This document shows positions 1-8,418 of a stretch of DNA of 64,000 nucleotides, piece after piece; position 1 is the first letter of the stretch; each line of letters starts with the position of its first letter. Source of the DNA: a virus; IMG/VR virus record IMGVR_UViG_3300043607_000009, positions 441-64,440 of that record. One strand, written 5' to 3'. A model generated the notes under the pieces. The model searched no databases. It saw only the letters and a program-made list of their open reading frames with translations, and was not told where the DNA came from. Made by a program: the position numbers and the translations under genes.

Positions 1-108
1 TGGGACGCGGCGGTCGGCGCCACTGCTTACGCCCGCGGCGTGCAGTACCAGAACGAGCGCGTGGACCTCGAGCGCGAGGCCGGCAAGATCTTGGATCTCG
101 CCAAGTAA
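1..108 (+). CDS. C-terminal fragment of DUF932-like phage protein (gene begins before the window)
   Basis: Frame 1 reads WDAAVGATAYARGVQYQNERVDLEREAGKILDLAK*, resembling the C-terminus of the family whose N-terminus (ASRQWATRPSDERF) starts at 63536. Confidence 0.55.
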   Translation, partial: WDAAVGATAYARGVQYQNERVDLEREAGKILDLAK

Positions 109-119
109 CTTCGGAGCAC

Positions 120-150
120 GGCGCGGGGGACTTACACCCCGCGCCTTTTT
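120..150 (+). terminator. Rho-independent terminator
   Basis: GGCGCGGGG / CCCCGCGCC 9-bp stem followed by TTTTT, just after the stop at 106-108. Confidence 0.7.
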
Positions 151-169
151 CCGCAACCGGAGAACACCC

Positions 170-655
170 ATGAGCAAGAACAAATACCACATGTCCAAGG
201 CCGCCGCGCTGCGCGTCGCGTGCGAGATCGCCACGAGCGGCGAGACCTCGAGTACGCGAGCGCCGTGGACGAGCTCCGCGCCAAGATCCGCGAGGCATAC
301 AACGCTTGCCGCGACGCGGGCCTCAAGTGCATTCGTGCGATCGGCGCCGAGCTCCGCGAGAAGCTCCGCGGCTTGGAGCACTAAGATGCCAATCAGTTCC
401 GGAGATCACGGTCCTTCGTACGAAGCTCCGCCGAAGTCGAGAGGCATAGAGCGCGTGAACCCCGACCGCATCCTCAACCACGCAGGCGCAATCGGCTTGC
501 TCTGCGAGTTGAGCACGCGCATCCGCCCGACTCTCGAGAAGCAAGACGACCTCGATTCGATCGAGCGTTGCGTGGCCGACTACTGCAAGGTCACGGGCGG
601 CAGCTACCGTCGCGTGCTCGATCGCATCGAGTACACGCCTCCGAGGCCACGGTAA
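170..655 (+). CDS. hypothetical protein (possibly two genes; second start ATG 386)
   Basis: ORF with GGAG upstream; stop overlaps next start (TAATG); the more protein-like reading between about 230 and 384 is in another frame. Confidence 0.35.
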   Translation: MSKNKYHMSKAAALRVACEIATSGETSSTRAPWTSSAPRSARHTTLAATRASSAFVRSAPSSARSSAAWSTKMPISSGDHGPSYEAPPKSRGIERVNPDRILNHAGAIGLLCELSTRIRPTLEKQDDLDSIERCVADYCKVTGGSYRRVLDRIEYTPPRPR

Positions 656-1107
656 TGGTCCGCGCACGCTACAAGGTCGATGCGAGTCCGCTCTTCCGCG
701 CGATGAAGCGCGCGATCCGCAACGAAGTTGCCGAGCCCTTCTTCCGGATCGGGCCGTTCCAATTCACGTGGTGGGAATCGGCGCGCATGCGCGAGGGCGG
801 GCGCATCCGCAAGGTGCCGATGATCCACGTCGCGTATCAAGGCAAGTACGTAGGCCGCATCGAAGCCGATCGCTACCTCGCCGGTCCGAACGTATTCGAC
901 ACCAAGGAGGCACGGCGCGAAGTCGCCGAGCAGATCAAGTTGATTGTCACGCACCCGCGGAAAGCGGCGGCAGCGGAAGCCGCAGTTACGCTCAAGGCGA
1001 GCGGCTCTCCGCGGTGTGCGTGTTGTGGCCGGCCGCTCGCTGGCGTCGAGGATCGACGCAGCGGCGTCGGCATGATGTGCTCGCGCAAGTGGGGTTTCGC
1101 AAGATGA
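655..1107 (+). CDS. DUF6011-like zinc-finger protein
   Basis: ATG 655 coupled to upstream TAA; C-terminal CACCGRPL...GVGMMCSRKWG. Confidence 0.6.
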   Translation: MVRARYKVDASPLFRAMKRAIRNEVAEPFFRIGPFQFTWWESARMREGGRIRKVPMIHVAYQGKYVGRIEADRYLAGPNVFDTKEARREVAEQIKLIVTHPRKAAAAEAAVTLKASGSPRCACCGRPLAGVEDRRSGVGMMCSRKWGFAR

Positions 1108-1256
1108 CCGAGCGTTGGCGCGTAATCCGAGGTTACGACTATGAGGTATCTGATCTCGGGCGCATTCGACATCATGTTACGAAACATGTCATATCCGATT
1201 TCGAGGGCATGTGCTCATGCTTGTTCAGTGGGCACAACTGCGAAGAATTAGCGTAG
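1104..1256 (+). pseudogene. NUMOD4 motif fragment (truncated homing endonuclease)
   Basis: MTERWRVIRGYDYEVSDLGRIR matches NUMOD4; only 50 aa, no nuclease domain follows. Confidence 0.5.
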
Positions 1257-1513
1257 GCACGCTACTTACTCGTTTTCGACGAGGCTGGAATACCAGACGC
1301 GCTTTGACGCAATCTGTCCAGAAGAAATCGCGCCGCGGTGGTGGAAACCGGAAGACACACCCCATTTAACCAAGCGTGGGGCGAGGAGTGGGCGACCCCC
1401 TCGAATTGCACGTTCGAATCGTGCACGCGGCACCATTTTTCTAGGAACGATTTACTCGGGAACGGTTTTGCTATAACGTACCCCTCCCATACAAGAACAA
1501 CGGGGAAGGGTTC

Positions 1514-4500
1514 GTGGGGAGCCTCAACCCGCACTGCCAGAAGTGCCCGCTACACGAGACTAGCGACATCGTATGCCTTGCTGGCGAAGGTCGGCGCGGC
1601 GCCGAGGTCATGTTCGTTGGCGAAGCGCCCGGTGCGGAAGAAGAACGCGAAGAGCGACCGTTCGTCGGGCCGTCCGGCCGGCTGCTCCGTGATCAACTCA
1701 AACGCGCCGGCATCAAAGACGTGTTCATCACGAACACGGTCCGTTGCGTCGTGGGATCAACGGCGGTAAGTTTTCCATCGCCCCCCACGGTAGGGTACAA
1801 ACGCTATTACCAGGGCCTTCTCTTGACGATCAAGACGGCCTCGGGCAACGAGCTGGCCGTCACACCGAATCACCCGATACTCACGGCGCGTGGATGGGTT
1901 CGCGCTGAGGAGTTGCGCGGTCGAGATGACTACGTTCACTGCTTCGGGCGTAACTCTGGTACAACGATTCAGCCACAAGTAGACGACCGCCCACTTCTCG
2001 CGGAGCAAGTATTCAGTACGCTTGCGCTTAGAAGCAGCTCGTGCCGGGTTGTTGGTCATCAAATGGATTTCCACGGCGACGGAACCGATCGCGAAGTCGA
2101 GATTGTAAGGGCCGACAGCGCATTGTTCTCGGAACACGACTTTTCTCTTGCGCAGTTCAGAAGCGAACCAACGATCAGTAGCTCCTTGTTTGCCCCTCGT
2201 CTGTTCGGCCGTTATTGCGCTAGTCTGCGCTCGTTTTTTGATCGCCTCAGGGCTCCACAGCCGTCGATTAGCATAGGCAGCTTGGCGCGCTGGCTCCGAG
2301 AGGGCCACACGTTCTTCAGTCGTGAGCTTGCTCCAATATTTTTTCAGAGTGCGCCCTGTATCTGCGACCAAAGCAGCATCATGGTAGCTGCGGGCGTTGT
2401 AGCCGGCAGCCTTCAATCTAGCGGCAACAGTTCCATCACTAACCCCGAGAGCAACGGCGATCTGGCAGAAAGATTCTCCGCGCTTAAAGCGCCCGACCAA
2501 ATCATCGAGATCCAATCGCAGTTTTGGGCGGGCCATGTCTACAACTTCTCAACGCCGGGGGGGTGGTACATCTCGAACGGTATTATAACGCACAACTGCC
2601 GGCCACCGAGCAACCGACAACCGACTGCGACCGAGATCTCCGCGTGTCGTGGCTACCTCGCGGATGAGATCAAGCGTGTCAAGCCCAAGTATGTTGTGGC
2701 GCTTGGCGCAGTAGCCGCGAAGACGCTCTTCGTTGGCAAGTCCAAGGTCACGCAACACCACGGCGCCTTCGTGGAGCCCACTGACAAGCACCCCTACCGC
2801 GGCTACGTCGCTTACCATCCTGCCTTCACGCTGCGCGACCCTAGCAAGTTGCCGGCGTTCACTCAGGATCTAAAGCGATTGGCCCGTGCGGTCCACGGTG
2901 AAGAGCGAGCTCCCGAGGCGCCGTGGTCCCTACTGCGGCGCGGCAACCTGCGGAAGTTTCTGCGCGAGTTCATCGAAGCCCCGGAGTTCTCGTTCGACCT
3001 CGAGACCTCGGGCTACTTCATGCACGGGCCAGGCGGCTACATCAACGCGATGTCGATCGACCTCCCGCACCGCACGTGGGTCGTGCCGTGCATGGACTAC
3101 GATCCAATCAACAAGCGGCACAAGCACACTCCGTGGCGCCGCGGGAACGCCTTCCTCGAGCTCGTGAAGCTGTTGGTCAAGATCCAACGTGAGACTGCAA
3201 AGCGCTGCGTTGGCCACAACGGCAAGTTCGACAACCTCTGGCTCCGCCGTCTGACTGGCTTCTGGTTCAAGCTCACGTTCGACACGATGCTTGCGAGTCA
3301 CACGCTGGACGAGAATCGCGAGCACGATCTCAAAACGCTCGCGCGCACCATCCTCGACGCGCCCGAGTACGACCTCACGCCAAAAGAGAAGAAGGGAATA
3401 GTTGTACCGCGCAAGCTCTACCGCTACGGCGCTTACGACGCCTATTACACGCGCAAGCTCAAGGAGATCTTCTACCGCGAGCTCCAAGACGAACCGGAGC
3501 TCCACCGGCTGTATCACAAGCTGATCATCCGCGTCGCGCGCTCGATGGAGAACCTCGAGATGGTCGGCAAGACCGTGAATCTCGAGAAGTGGGACGCCAC
3601 CACGATCGACGTGCAGTCCGAAGTCATCTTGCTCGAGATCGAGCTCAACAAGATGGTAGGAAAGACCATTAACTGGAATTCGCCGCCGCAGATCGGCCGG
3701 CTCTTGTTCGATGAGCTCGGACTCGAGGTCACGCAGTGGACCGACGGAGGGGCTCCGTCCACGAGCGAAGAAGCGCTCTTCGATCTGCGCGACGAACACC
3801 CCGTCGTGAACAAGCTGCTCGAGTACCGCGAGCGCACCAAGTTCTTGGGCACATACCTGCACGGTCTGCGCGAGTATATGGTGGGGCAAACGCTCTACAT
3901 CCCCTACAAGATCCACGGCACGGTCGGCGGCCGCTACAGTTCGCCAATTCATTCGATTCCACGCGACGGCACCATTCGCAACCTCGTCGAAGCACCGGAC
4001 GGTTGGGATCTCTTCGTGGCCGACATCTCACAGGCGGAGCTCCGCTTCGCTGCACACTTGTCCGGCGATCTCGAGATGCGTCGCTGCTTCAAGAACAATA
4101 TCGACATCCACTGGCGCACGCTCATGTACACGCTCGGCCAAGGCTACATCGGCACCGAAGAGTACGTGGATAACGTGTGGGGCACGGTGAAAGCTCTCGG
4201 CAAGCGTGTCAACTCTATCGGCGATGCGTGCGAGGTCTTGCTGCTCGCCGGCCACGATCGCTGCACCGAGATTTGGAAGGGCTGGAAGGAAGGTCGCTAC
4301 CGCGCCAAGGCGCTGAACTTTGGGTTTTGCATCGCAGAAGGGCAACGTGTACTGACTCACGTTGGTCTAGTACCAATCGAACAAGTGCAGGACTGGCACC
4401 TTGTATGGGATGGCGTAGAGTGGGTATCCCATAAAGGAGTTCAATTTAATGGCTACCAAGAAGTCATCGAATATCAAGGGCTCAAAGCAACCCCAGAACA

Positions 4501-5662
4501 CGAAGTCTGGACGATGGGGGGGCAGAGGCTTCCCCTTTGGAGAGCGGCATCCGAAGGCCATAGACTTGAGAAAACGGGAGCGGGACTTACAGCGTTTCCC
4601 TCTAGGGACACTAGTCGTTTTAGTGGGAACGATTCGTCGCGTCGAGAGATCGCGGTTAGTGATCGACGTTACTTGCACAGCATGCGAGAAACGACAGACG
4701 CTTCTCGTAGACAATTTATGGGCGAAGAAGACAACCAACTGTCGCTGTCAAAGAGCCAAGAAATACTTCGATCCTCGATCCGAAACTCTTGGAATGCGCT
4801 ACGACACCATGATTCAGCGCTGCGAACGCGATACGCACGTTTCATCGAATCGCTACAAAGGGCGCGGAATCCAAGTGCTCTTCAAATCGCGAGAGGAGTT
4901 TATCCGTTGGGCGTTGAAGAAGTACCCCAACAGCGATTTCAAAGAATTGGTTTTCGATCGACGGAACAACGACGGGAATTACTCCAAGGGCAATCTTCGC
5001 CTGACAACCTACAGCGTCAACAATCGAAACAGATTAAGGTCTACGATCTAATCGACGCGGGGCCACGTCACCGTTTCACAGTAGAAGACTGTCTCGTACA
5101 CAACTGCTACGGGATGTTTGAAGACAAGTTCATCGAGCTTGCCAAGACCGACTACGAGTGGGAGCCCTCATGGGACGAAGCGCACTCGATGCGCCAAGGC
5201 TTCTTCGATCTCTACAGCGGACTCCCCAAGTGGCACGACAAAGAGAAGAAGATCGTGCGCAATAACGGCTTCGCACGGATCTTGTCGGGGCGTCGGCGCC
5301 GGCTGCCGGCGATCTACTCCAAGGAGAAGTGGATACGCGCAGAAGCCGAGCGCCAAGCGGTCAACATCCGCGTGCAGGGATTCATCGGCGACTACAAGTC
5401 CATGGCGCTCGTCGAAGCGGACGATCGGCTGAATCCGCACGAAGCGAAGCTCGTCGGCGAACACCACGACGCGCTCCTCGGGATCGTGCGCAAGGACTGC
5501 CACGATGTGGTGCTGCCAGTGGTGCGCCAGATCATGAAGGCCCCCGCGCTGCTCCGCGCGTTCAACATCAAGCTCGACATCCCCATGAATTCGGACATCG
5601 AGCTCGGACGATGGGGCGCAGGCGTCAAATATCAAGACCCAGAACAAAGGAGAGCTGCGTGA
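1514..5662 (+). CDS. polA: Family A DNA polymerase with N-terminal family-4 uracil-DNA glycosylase domain and two inteins (SPO1-like architecture; about 839 aa after splicing)
   Basis: UDG motifs CxxC, GEAPG..E...RPFVGPSG, TNTVR^CRPP; exonuclease motifs FDLETSG, GHNGKFD, YGAYD; polymerase motifs ADISQAELR, KALNFGF^CYG, HHDA. Confidence 0.95.
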   Translation: MGSLNPHCQKCPLHETSDIVCLAGEGRRGAEVMFVGEAPGAEEEREERPFVGPSGRLLRDQLKRAGIKDVFITNTVRCVVGSTAVSFPSPPTVGYKRYYQGLLLTIKTASGNELAVTPNHPILTARGWVRAEELRGRDDYVHCFGRNSGTTIQPQVDDRPLLAEQVFSTLALRSSSCRVVGHQMDFHGDGTDREVEIVRADSALFSEHDFSLAQFRSEPTISSSLFAPRLFGRYCASLRSFFDRLRAPQPSISIGSLARWLREGHTFFSRELAPIFFQSAPCICDQSSIMVAAGVVAGSLQSSGNSSITNPESNGDLAERFSALKAPDQIIEIQSQFWAGHVYNFSTPGGWYISNGIITHNCRPPSNRQPTATEISACRGYLADEIKRVKPKYVVALGAVAAKTLFVGKSKVTQHHGAFVEPTDKHPYRGYVAYHPAFTLRDPSKLPAFTQDLKRLARAVHGEERAPEAPWSLLRRGNLRKFLREFIEAPEFSFDLETSGYFMHGPGGYINAMSIDLPHRTWVVPCMDYDPINKRHKHTPWRRGNAFLELVKLLVKIQRETAKRCVGHNGKFDNLWLRRLTGFWFKLTFDTMLASHTLDENREHDLKTLARTILDAPEYDLTPKEKKGIVVPRKLYRYGAYDAYYTRKLKEIFYRELQDEPELHRLYHKLIIRVARSMENLEMVGKTVNLEKWDATTIDVQSEVILLEIELNKMVGKTINWNSPPQIGRLLFDELGLEVTQWTDGGAPSTSEEALFDLRDEHPVVNKLLEYRERTKFLGTYLHGLREYMVGQTLYIPYKIHGTVGGRYSSPIHSIPRDGTIRNLVEAPDGWDLFVADISQAELRFAAHLSGDLEMRRCFKNNIDIHWRTLMYTLGQGYIGTEEYVDNVWGTVKALGKRVNSIGDACEVLLLAGHDRCTEIWKGWKEGRYRAKALNFGFCIAEGQRVLTHVGLVPIEQVQDWHLVWDGVEWVSHKGVQFNGYQEVIEYQGLKATPEHEVWTMGGQRLPLWRAASEGHRLEKTGAGLTAFPSRDTSRFSGNDSSRREIAVSDRRYLHSMRETTDASRRQFMGEEDNQLSLSKSQEILRSSIRNSWNALRHHDSALRTRYARFIESLQRARNPSALQIARGVYPLGVEEVPQQRFQRIGFRSTEQRRELLQGQSSPDNLQRQQSKQIKVYDLIDAGPRHRFTVEDCLVHNCYGMFEDKFIELAKTDYEWEPSWDEAHSMRQGFFDLYSGLPKWHDKEKKIVRNNGFARILSGRRRRLPAIYSKEKWIRAEAERQAVNIRVQGFIGDYKSMALVEADDRLNPHEAKLVGEHHDALLGIVRKDCHDVVLPVVRQIMKAPALLRAFNIKLDIPMNSDIELGRWGAGVKYQDPEQRRAA
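1757..2536 (-). CDS. HTH + DUF559/Vsr-like endonuclease nested antisense within intein 1
   Basis: 259-aa ORF wholly inside the intein; N-terminal HTH (SFCQIAVALGVSDGTVAARL); EQCAVGPYNLDFAIGSVAVEIH matches the DUF559 core; TATAAT upstream. Confidence 0.8.
   Translation of the reverse strand: MARPKLRLDLDDLVGRFKRGESFCQIAVALGVSDGTVAARLKAAGYNARSYHDAALVADTGRTLKKYWSKLTTEERVALSEPARQAAYANRRLWSPEAIKKRAQTSAITAEQTRGKQGATDRWFASELRKRKVVFREQCAVGPYNLDFAIGSVAVEIHLMTNNPARAASKRKRTEYLLREKWAVVYLWLNRCTRVTPEAVNVVISTAQLLSANPSTRREYRVIRCDGQLVARGRLDRQEKALVIAFVPYRGGRWKTYRR
2582..2587 (-). promoter_or_regulatory. Putative -10 box for the antisense endonuclease
   Basis: Perfect TATAAT on the minus strand 45 nt upstream of ATG 2536; no good -35 at 17 bp spacing. 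Confidence 0.35.
4328..5104 (+). mobile_element. Intein 2 (259 aa) in polymerase motif B
   Basis: Cys1 (CIAEGQRV), block B TPEHEV, block F VYDLIDAG, C-terminal VHN then Cys+1; removal restores KALNFGFCYG. Confidence 0.92.
4449..5051 (+). CDS. HNH homing endonuclease nested in an alternate frame within intein 2
   Basis: 200 aa; CTAC..NCRC, RYDTMIQRC, YKGRGI, FDRRNNDGNYSKGNLR; SD AAGGAG at 4434-4439, 9 nt before ATG. Confidence 0.88.
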   Translation: MATKKSSNIKGSKQPQNTKSGRWGGRGFPFGERHPKAIDLRKRERDLQRFPLGTLVVLVGTIRRVERSRLVIDVTCTACEKRQTLLVDNLWAKKTTNCRCQRAKKYFDPRSETLGMRYDTMIQRCERDTHVSSNRYKGRGIQVLFKSREEFIRWALKKYPNSDFKELVFDRRNNDGNYSKGNLRLTTYSVNNRNRLRSTI

Positions 5663-5940
5663 GAGTCAATCTATACAGAGAAGAAATTACCGACCGCATG
5701 AAGATCGTGCGCAAAAGTACCGAAGCTGGCGACTTCATTGGCGTGCGCCTCTTCATCGAAACCCCCGTGACACTTCACAACAAGCCGCAAGCAACGCAGA
5801 TTGTGCGCGGGCCATACATGCGCACTGACGGGGATGACGATTCAAGCGCCGTGACCTTCTGGGCACTCGCGTCTGATACTCGAAAGCTCCGTGAGATGTT
5901 CTACAAGGCATGGAAGCTCCTCGAAGAAGAAGGCGCGTGA
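5659..5940 (+). CDS. hypothetical protein
   Basis: GTG 5659 overlaps polA stop; AGGAG upstream. Confidence 0.55.
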   Translation: MRVNLYREEITDRMKIVRKSTEAGDFIGVRLFIETPVTLHNKPQATQIVRGPYMRTDGDDDSSAVTFWALASDTRKLREMFYKAWKLLEEEGA

Positions 5941-6418
5941 CTTGGGGTTTCCACGAACCGGAGCATGCGTAGATTGTTCGTCTTCTATACGACAGACATG
6001 CGGACGGCACCTGTACTGCGTCAAGTGCAAGTACAAGCGCCGGCTCAGAGCTCAATGGCGTTGGCGAGTCAGAACTGGTTCTATCAAAGACCCAACGAGG
6101 GGCGAGCCGCGCAAGAATCCGAAGAACTACCGCGGGGCGAAGAACCCCAACTGGCGTGGCGGCGGCATAGACTGGCAGCAACGACAGTTCAGAAAGAAGC
6201 GCTGCGATCGTTGCAAAAGTAAAAAGAAATTAGAGCTTCATCACAAAGACCGAAACCGAAGCAACTGGAAACCGAGTAACTTGGAGACGCTCTGCGAGAG
6301 TTGTCATCGTGACGAGCATCTCCCGTCCCGAGTCAAAGCAATCAAAAGTGCTGCTTCTCGAGGGCGCTACAGGAAAAACCTATGGCTGAACGCAATCACA
6401 CATCTCAAAGCGAGATAA
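5891..6418 (+). CDS. HNH endonuclease (start uncertain, possibly TTG 5942)
   Basis: CDRC...LELHHKDRNRSNWKPSNLETLCESCHRDEH. Confidence 0.8.
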   Translation: MRCSTRHGSSSKKKARDLGFPRTGACVDCSSSIRQTCGRHLYCVKCKYKRRLRAQWRWRVRTGSIKDPTRGEPRKNPKNYRGAKNPNWRGGGIDWQQRQFRKKRCDRCKSKKKLELHHKDRNRSNWKPSNLETLCESCHRDEHLPSRVKAIKSAASRGRYRKNLWLNAITHLKAR

Positions 6419-7395
6419 CTCTAGGGCGACGCTGTAAAAGAGCGTGGAAGTACCGTTATCGCGATCGACTCCGCCGCAAACGGCCGTTCCGTGCGCCACT
6501 GATCGGCACCATCCTGCACGAGATGCTCGATCACTACGTGCGGGCGACGAACGACCCAAAGTTCGAGAGCGACCCGTGGAAGGTGTTCGCCAAGTACGAG
6601 AAGAAATACAGCGAGCTTTTCCGCGAAGAGCGCGAAGAGTACGGCGACATCCCGGCGACCGTGGAGGCCGTGTTCGAAGGCTACCTGCGACGCTGGAAGA
6701 ACGACGATCTCATCTACGAATCGACCGAGGTCGAGATCGAAGCGGAGCTCATGAAGGGCGTCGCGCTGCGCTGCAAGCTGGACAAGATCGTTACGCAGCG
6801 CAAGAGCGGACTTCGGTTCCTCACTGATCACAAGTTCCATGCACGCATCCCCGACGCGCAGGATCGCTTTGCCGACATCCAAACGTTGCTGTATTTCTGG
6901 GCGTGGAATCTTACGCACTCGAAGGAGGATCGGCTCGCCGGCATCATCTGGGATTACGGCCGCATGAAGGCGCCCGCGATACCAGAGCTCTTGAAGGGGG
7001 GGGAGCTCACTCGTCGCTCGAACATCGACACTGATTCGTTCACATACATGCGCACTATCCGCGACAACGGTTTGAACGCACGCGACTACAAGGATATGCT
7101 CGAGTCCCTTCGGGGGAAGGAAAATACATTCTTCGAGCGCGTGACGCTTCCGTCACCGTCCAAAGCGTTGGTCGAGTCCGTCGTTGAAGATGCCAGGATC
7201 ACGGTGCGTGAGCTCCGTGCGCTTCCTGACTACACACCACGCGATGGCATGTCCATGTTCAACTGCCGCGGATGCGAGTTTCGCGCCGTCTGTGAAGCGG
7301 AGCTTCGTGGGCTGGACTTCGAGTTCGTAAAAAAGCGCGACTACGTGATCCGTGACGAAGAGGAGAGGGAATTTGCCAACCAGGGGGCGGATTAG
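6382..7395 (+). CDS. PD-(D/E)xK exonuclease, RecB/Cas4-like
   Basis: N-terminal Cys (RRCKRAW), GTILH, KLDKIV, TDHK, QTLLY, C-terminal CRGCEFRAVC. Confidence 0.85.
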   Translation: MAERNHTSQSEITLGRRCKRAWKYRYRDRLRRKRPFRAPLIGTILHEMLDHYVRATNDPKFESDPWKVFAKYEKKYSELFREEREEYGDIPATVEAVFEGYLRRWKNDDLIYESTEVEIEAELMKGVALRCKLDKIVTQRKSGLRFLTDHKFHARIPDAQDRFADIQTLLYFWAWNLTHSKEDRLAGIIWDYGRMKAPAIPELLKGGELTRRSNIDTDSFTYMRTIRDNGLNARDYKDMLESLRGKENTFFERVTLPSPSKALVESVVEDARITVRELRALPDYTPRDGMSMFNCRGCEFRAVCEAELRGLDFEFVKKRDYVIRDEEEREFANQGAD

Positions 7396-7594
7396 ACGTA
7401 GAGGGCTATTCAAGTGGTACGCGGAAGTTGACGTGTACCACATCGACTACTCGACTAAGCCTCCGCGTCGGACTGACAGGCTTGCTCTCACAGCAATAGA
7501 AGGCCCGTTCTGGCGAAAACGTTTAGCCGAACGTGCTTCAGAGGAACTTGCAAAACATCAAGCTGCCTACGAATGGCGATTGGGAGTCATATGA
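7352..7594 (+). CDS. hypothetical protein
   Basis: Fills the gap between exonuclease and ATPase; stop overlaps ATG 7591. Confidence 0.4.
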   Translation: MTKRRGNLPTRGRIRRRGLFKWYAEVDVYHIDYSTKPPRRTDRLALTAIEGPFWRKRLAERASEELAKHQAAYEWRLGVI

Positions 7595-8418
7595 AAAAAA
7601 TCATCCGCAAAAAAGAAACGACCAAGCTCCCGCGCGTCGTGCGCAACATCTCCGACGTGGACGACTTGAGTGAGAACCACGTGGCGCTCTTCTACGGTAA
7701 AGCCGGCCGCGGTAAGACCAAGACGGCCGCGTCGTATCCGAAGCCACTCTTGCTCCTCGACATCAACAACGAGCGCGGCACCAAGACGGTGAAGACCGTG
7801 AAAGGGCTACGGATCGCACGCATCACGACGTGGGATGACTTCATCGACCTCTACTGGTGGCTGCGCGAGGGCCAGGACTACAAGTCCGTCGTACTTGATC
7901 AGATCACCGGCCTCCAAGATCTCGGCATGACCATGATCCGCGACAAGCACGGCAAGAGCGACGACGACCTATTCACGCAGAAGAATTGGGGTGAGCTCTC
8001 CGGCGAGCTCAAGACGTGGCTCCAAAACTACCGCGAGCTCTCGGACCGCTACAACATCGTGTTCCTCGCGCACGAGCGGATCTTCGACGAAGACCAAGAT
8101 GCCGAAGCTAGTGATCTTTCCCCGTCCGTCGGCGCGCGCGTGATGCCGAGCGTTGGCTCCTTCATCGACGGCGCCTGCGACATCATCGGCCAGAGCTTCG
8201 TGCACATGCGCAAAATCAAAGAGGGCGGCAAGACCGTGCACGATCCGCAATACTGCATGCGCATCGGACCGCACCCGAGTTACATCACCAAGATCAGGCG
8301 CCCGCCCGAAGCGGGGCCGCTCCCGCAATATATCGTCAACCCTTCCTACCAAAAGCTAGTTGCCATCGAGAATGGTGAGGAAGCATCTCAACCCTCGAAG
8401 CTGAAAAGGAGAAAGTAA
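7591..8418 (+). CDS. Sak4-like / AAA_24 ATPase (ssDNA-annealing recombinase)
   Basis: Walker A YGKAGRGKT, PLLLD, Walker B SVVLD; located between exonuclease and SSB. Confidence 0.8.
   Translation: MKKIIRKKETTKLPRVVRNISDVDDLSENHVALFYGKAGRGKTKTAASYPKPLLLLDINNERGTKTVKTVKGLRIARITTWDDFIDLYWWLREGQDYKSVVLDQITGLQDLGMTMIRDKHGKSDDDLFTQKNWGELSGELKTWLQNYRELSDRYNIVFLAHERIFDEDQDAEASDLSPSVGARVMPSVGSFIDGACDIIGQSFVHMRKIKEGGKTVHDPQYCMRIGPHPSYITKIRRPPEAGPLPQYIVNPSYQKLVAIENGEEASQPSKLKRRK

Larger units (their letters stand above)
1745..2596 (+). mobile_element. Intein 1 (284 aa) in the UDG domain
   Basis: Cys1 (CVVGST), block B TPNHP, block F GHVYNFST, C-terminal THN then Cys+1; removal restores TNTVRCRPP. Confidence 0.92.

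Noticed and set aside
1262-1534. 90-aa minus-strand ORF upstream of polA
   Set aside because: No motif, opposite to operon direction; may be debris of the NUMOD4 endonuclease, cannot be supported
6382-7395. Cas4-like protein suggesting CRISPR
   Set aside because: No repeat-spacer array or other cas genes seen; context (Sak4, SSB) indicates a phage recombination exonuclease
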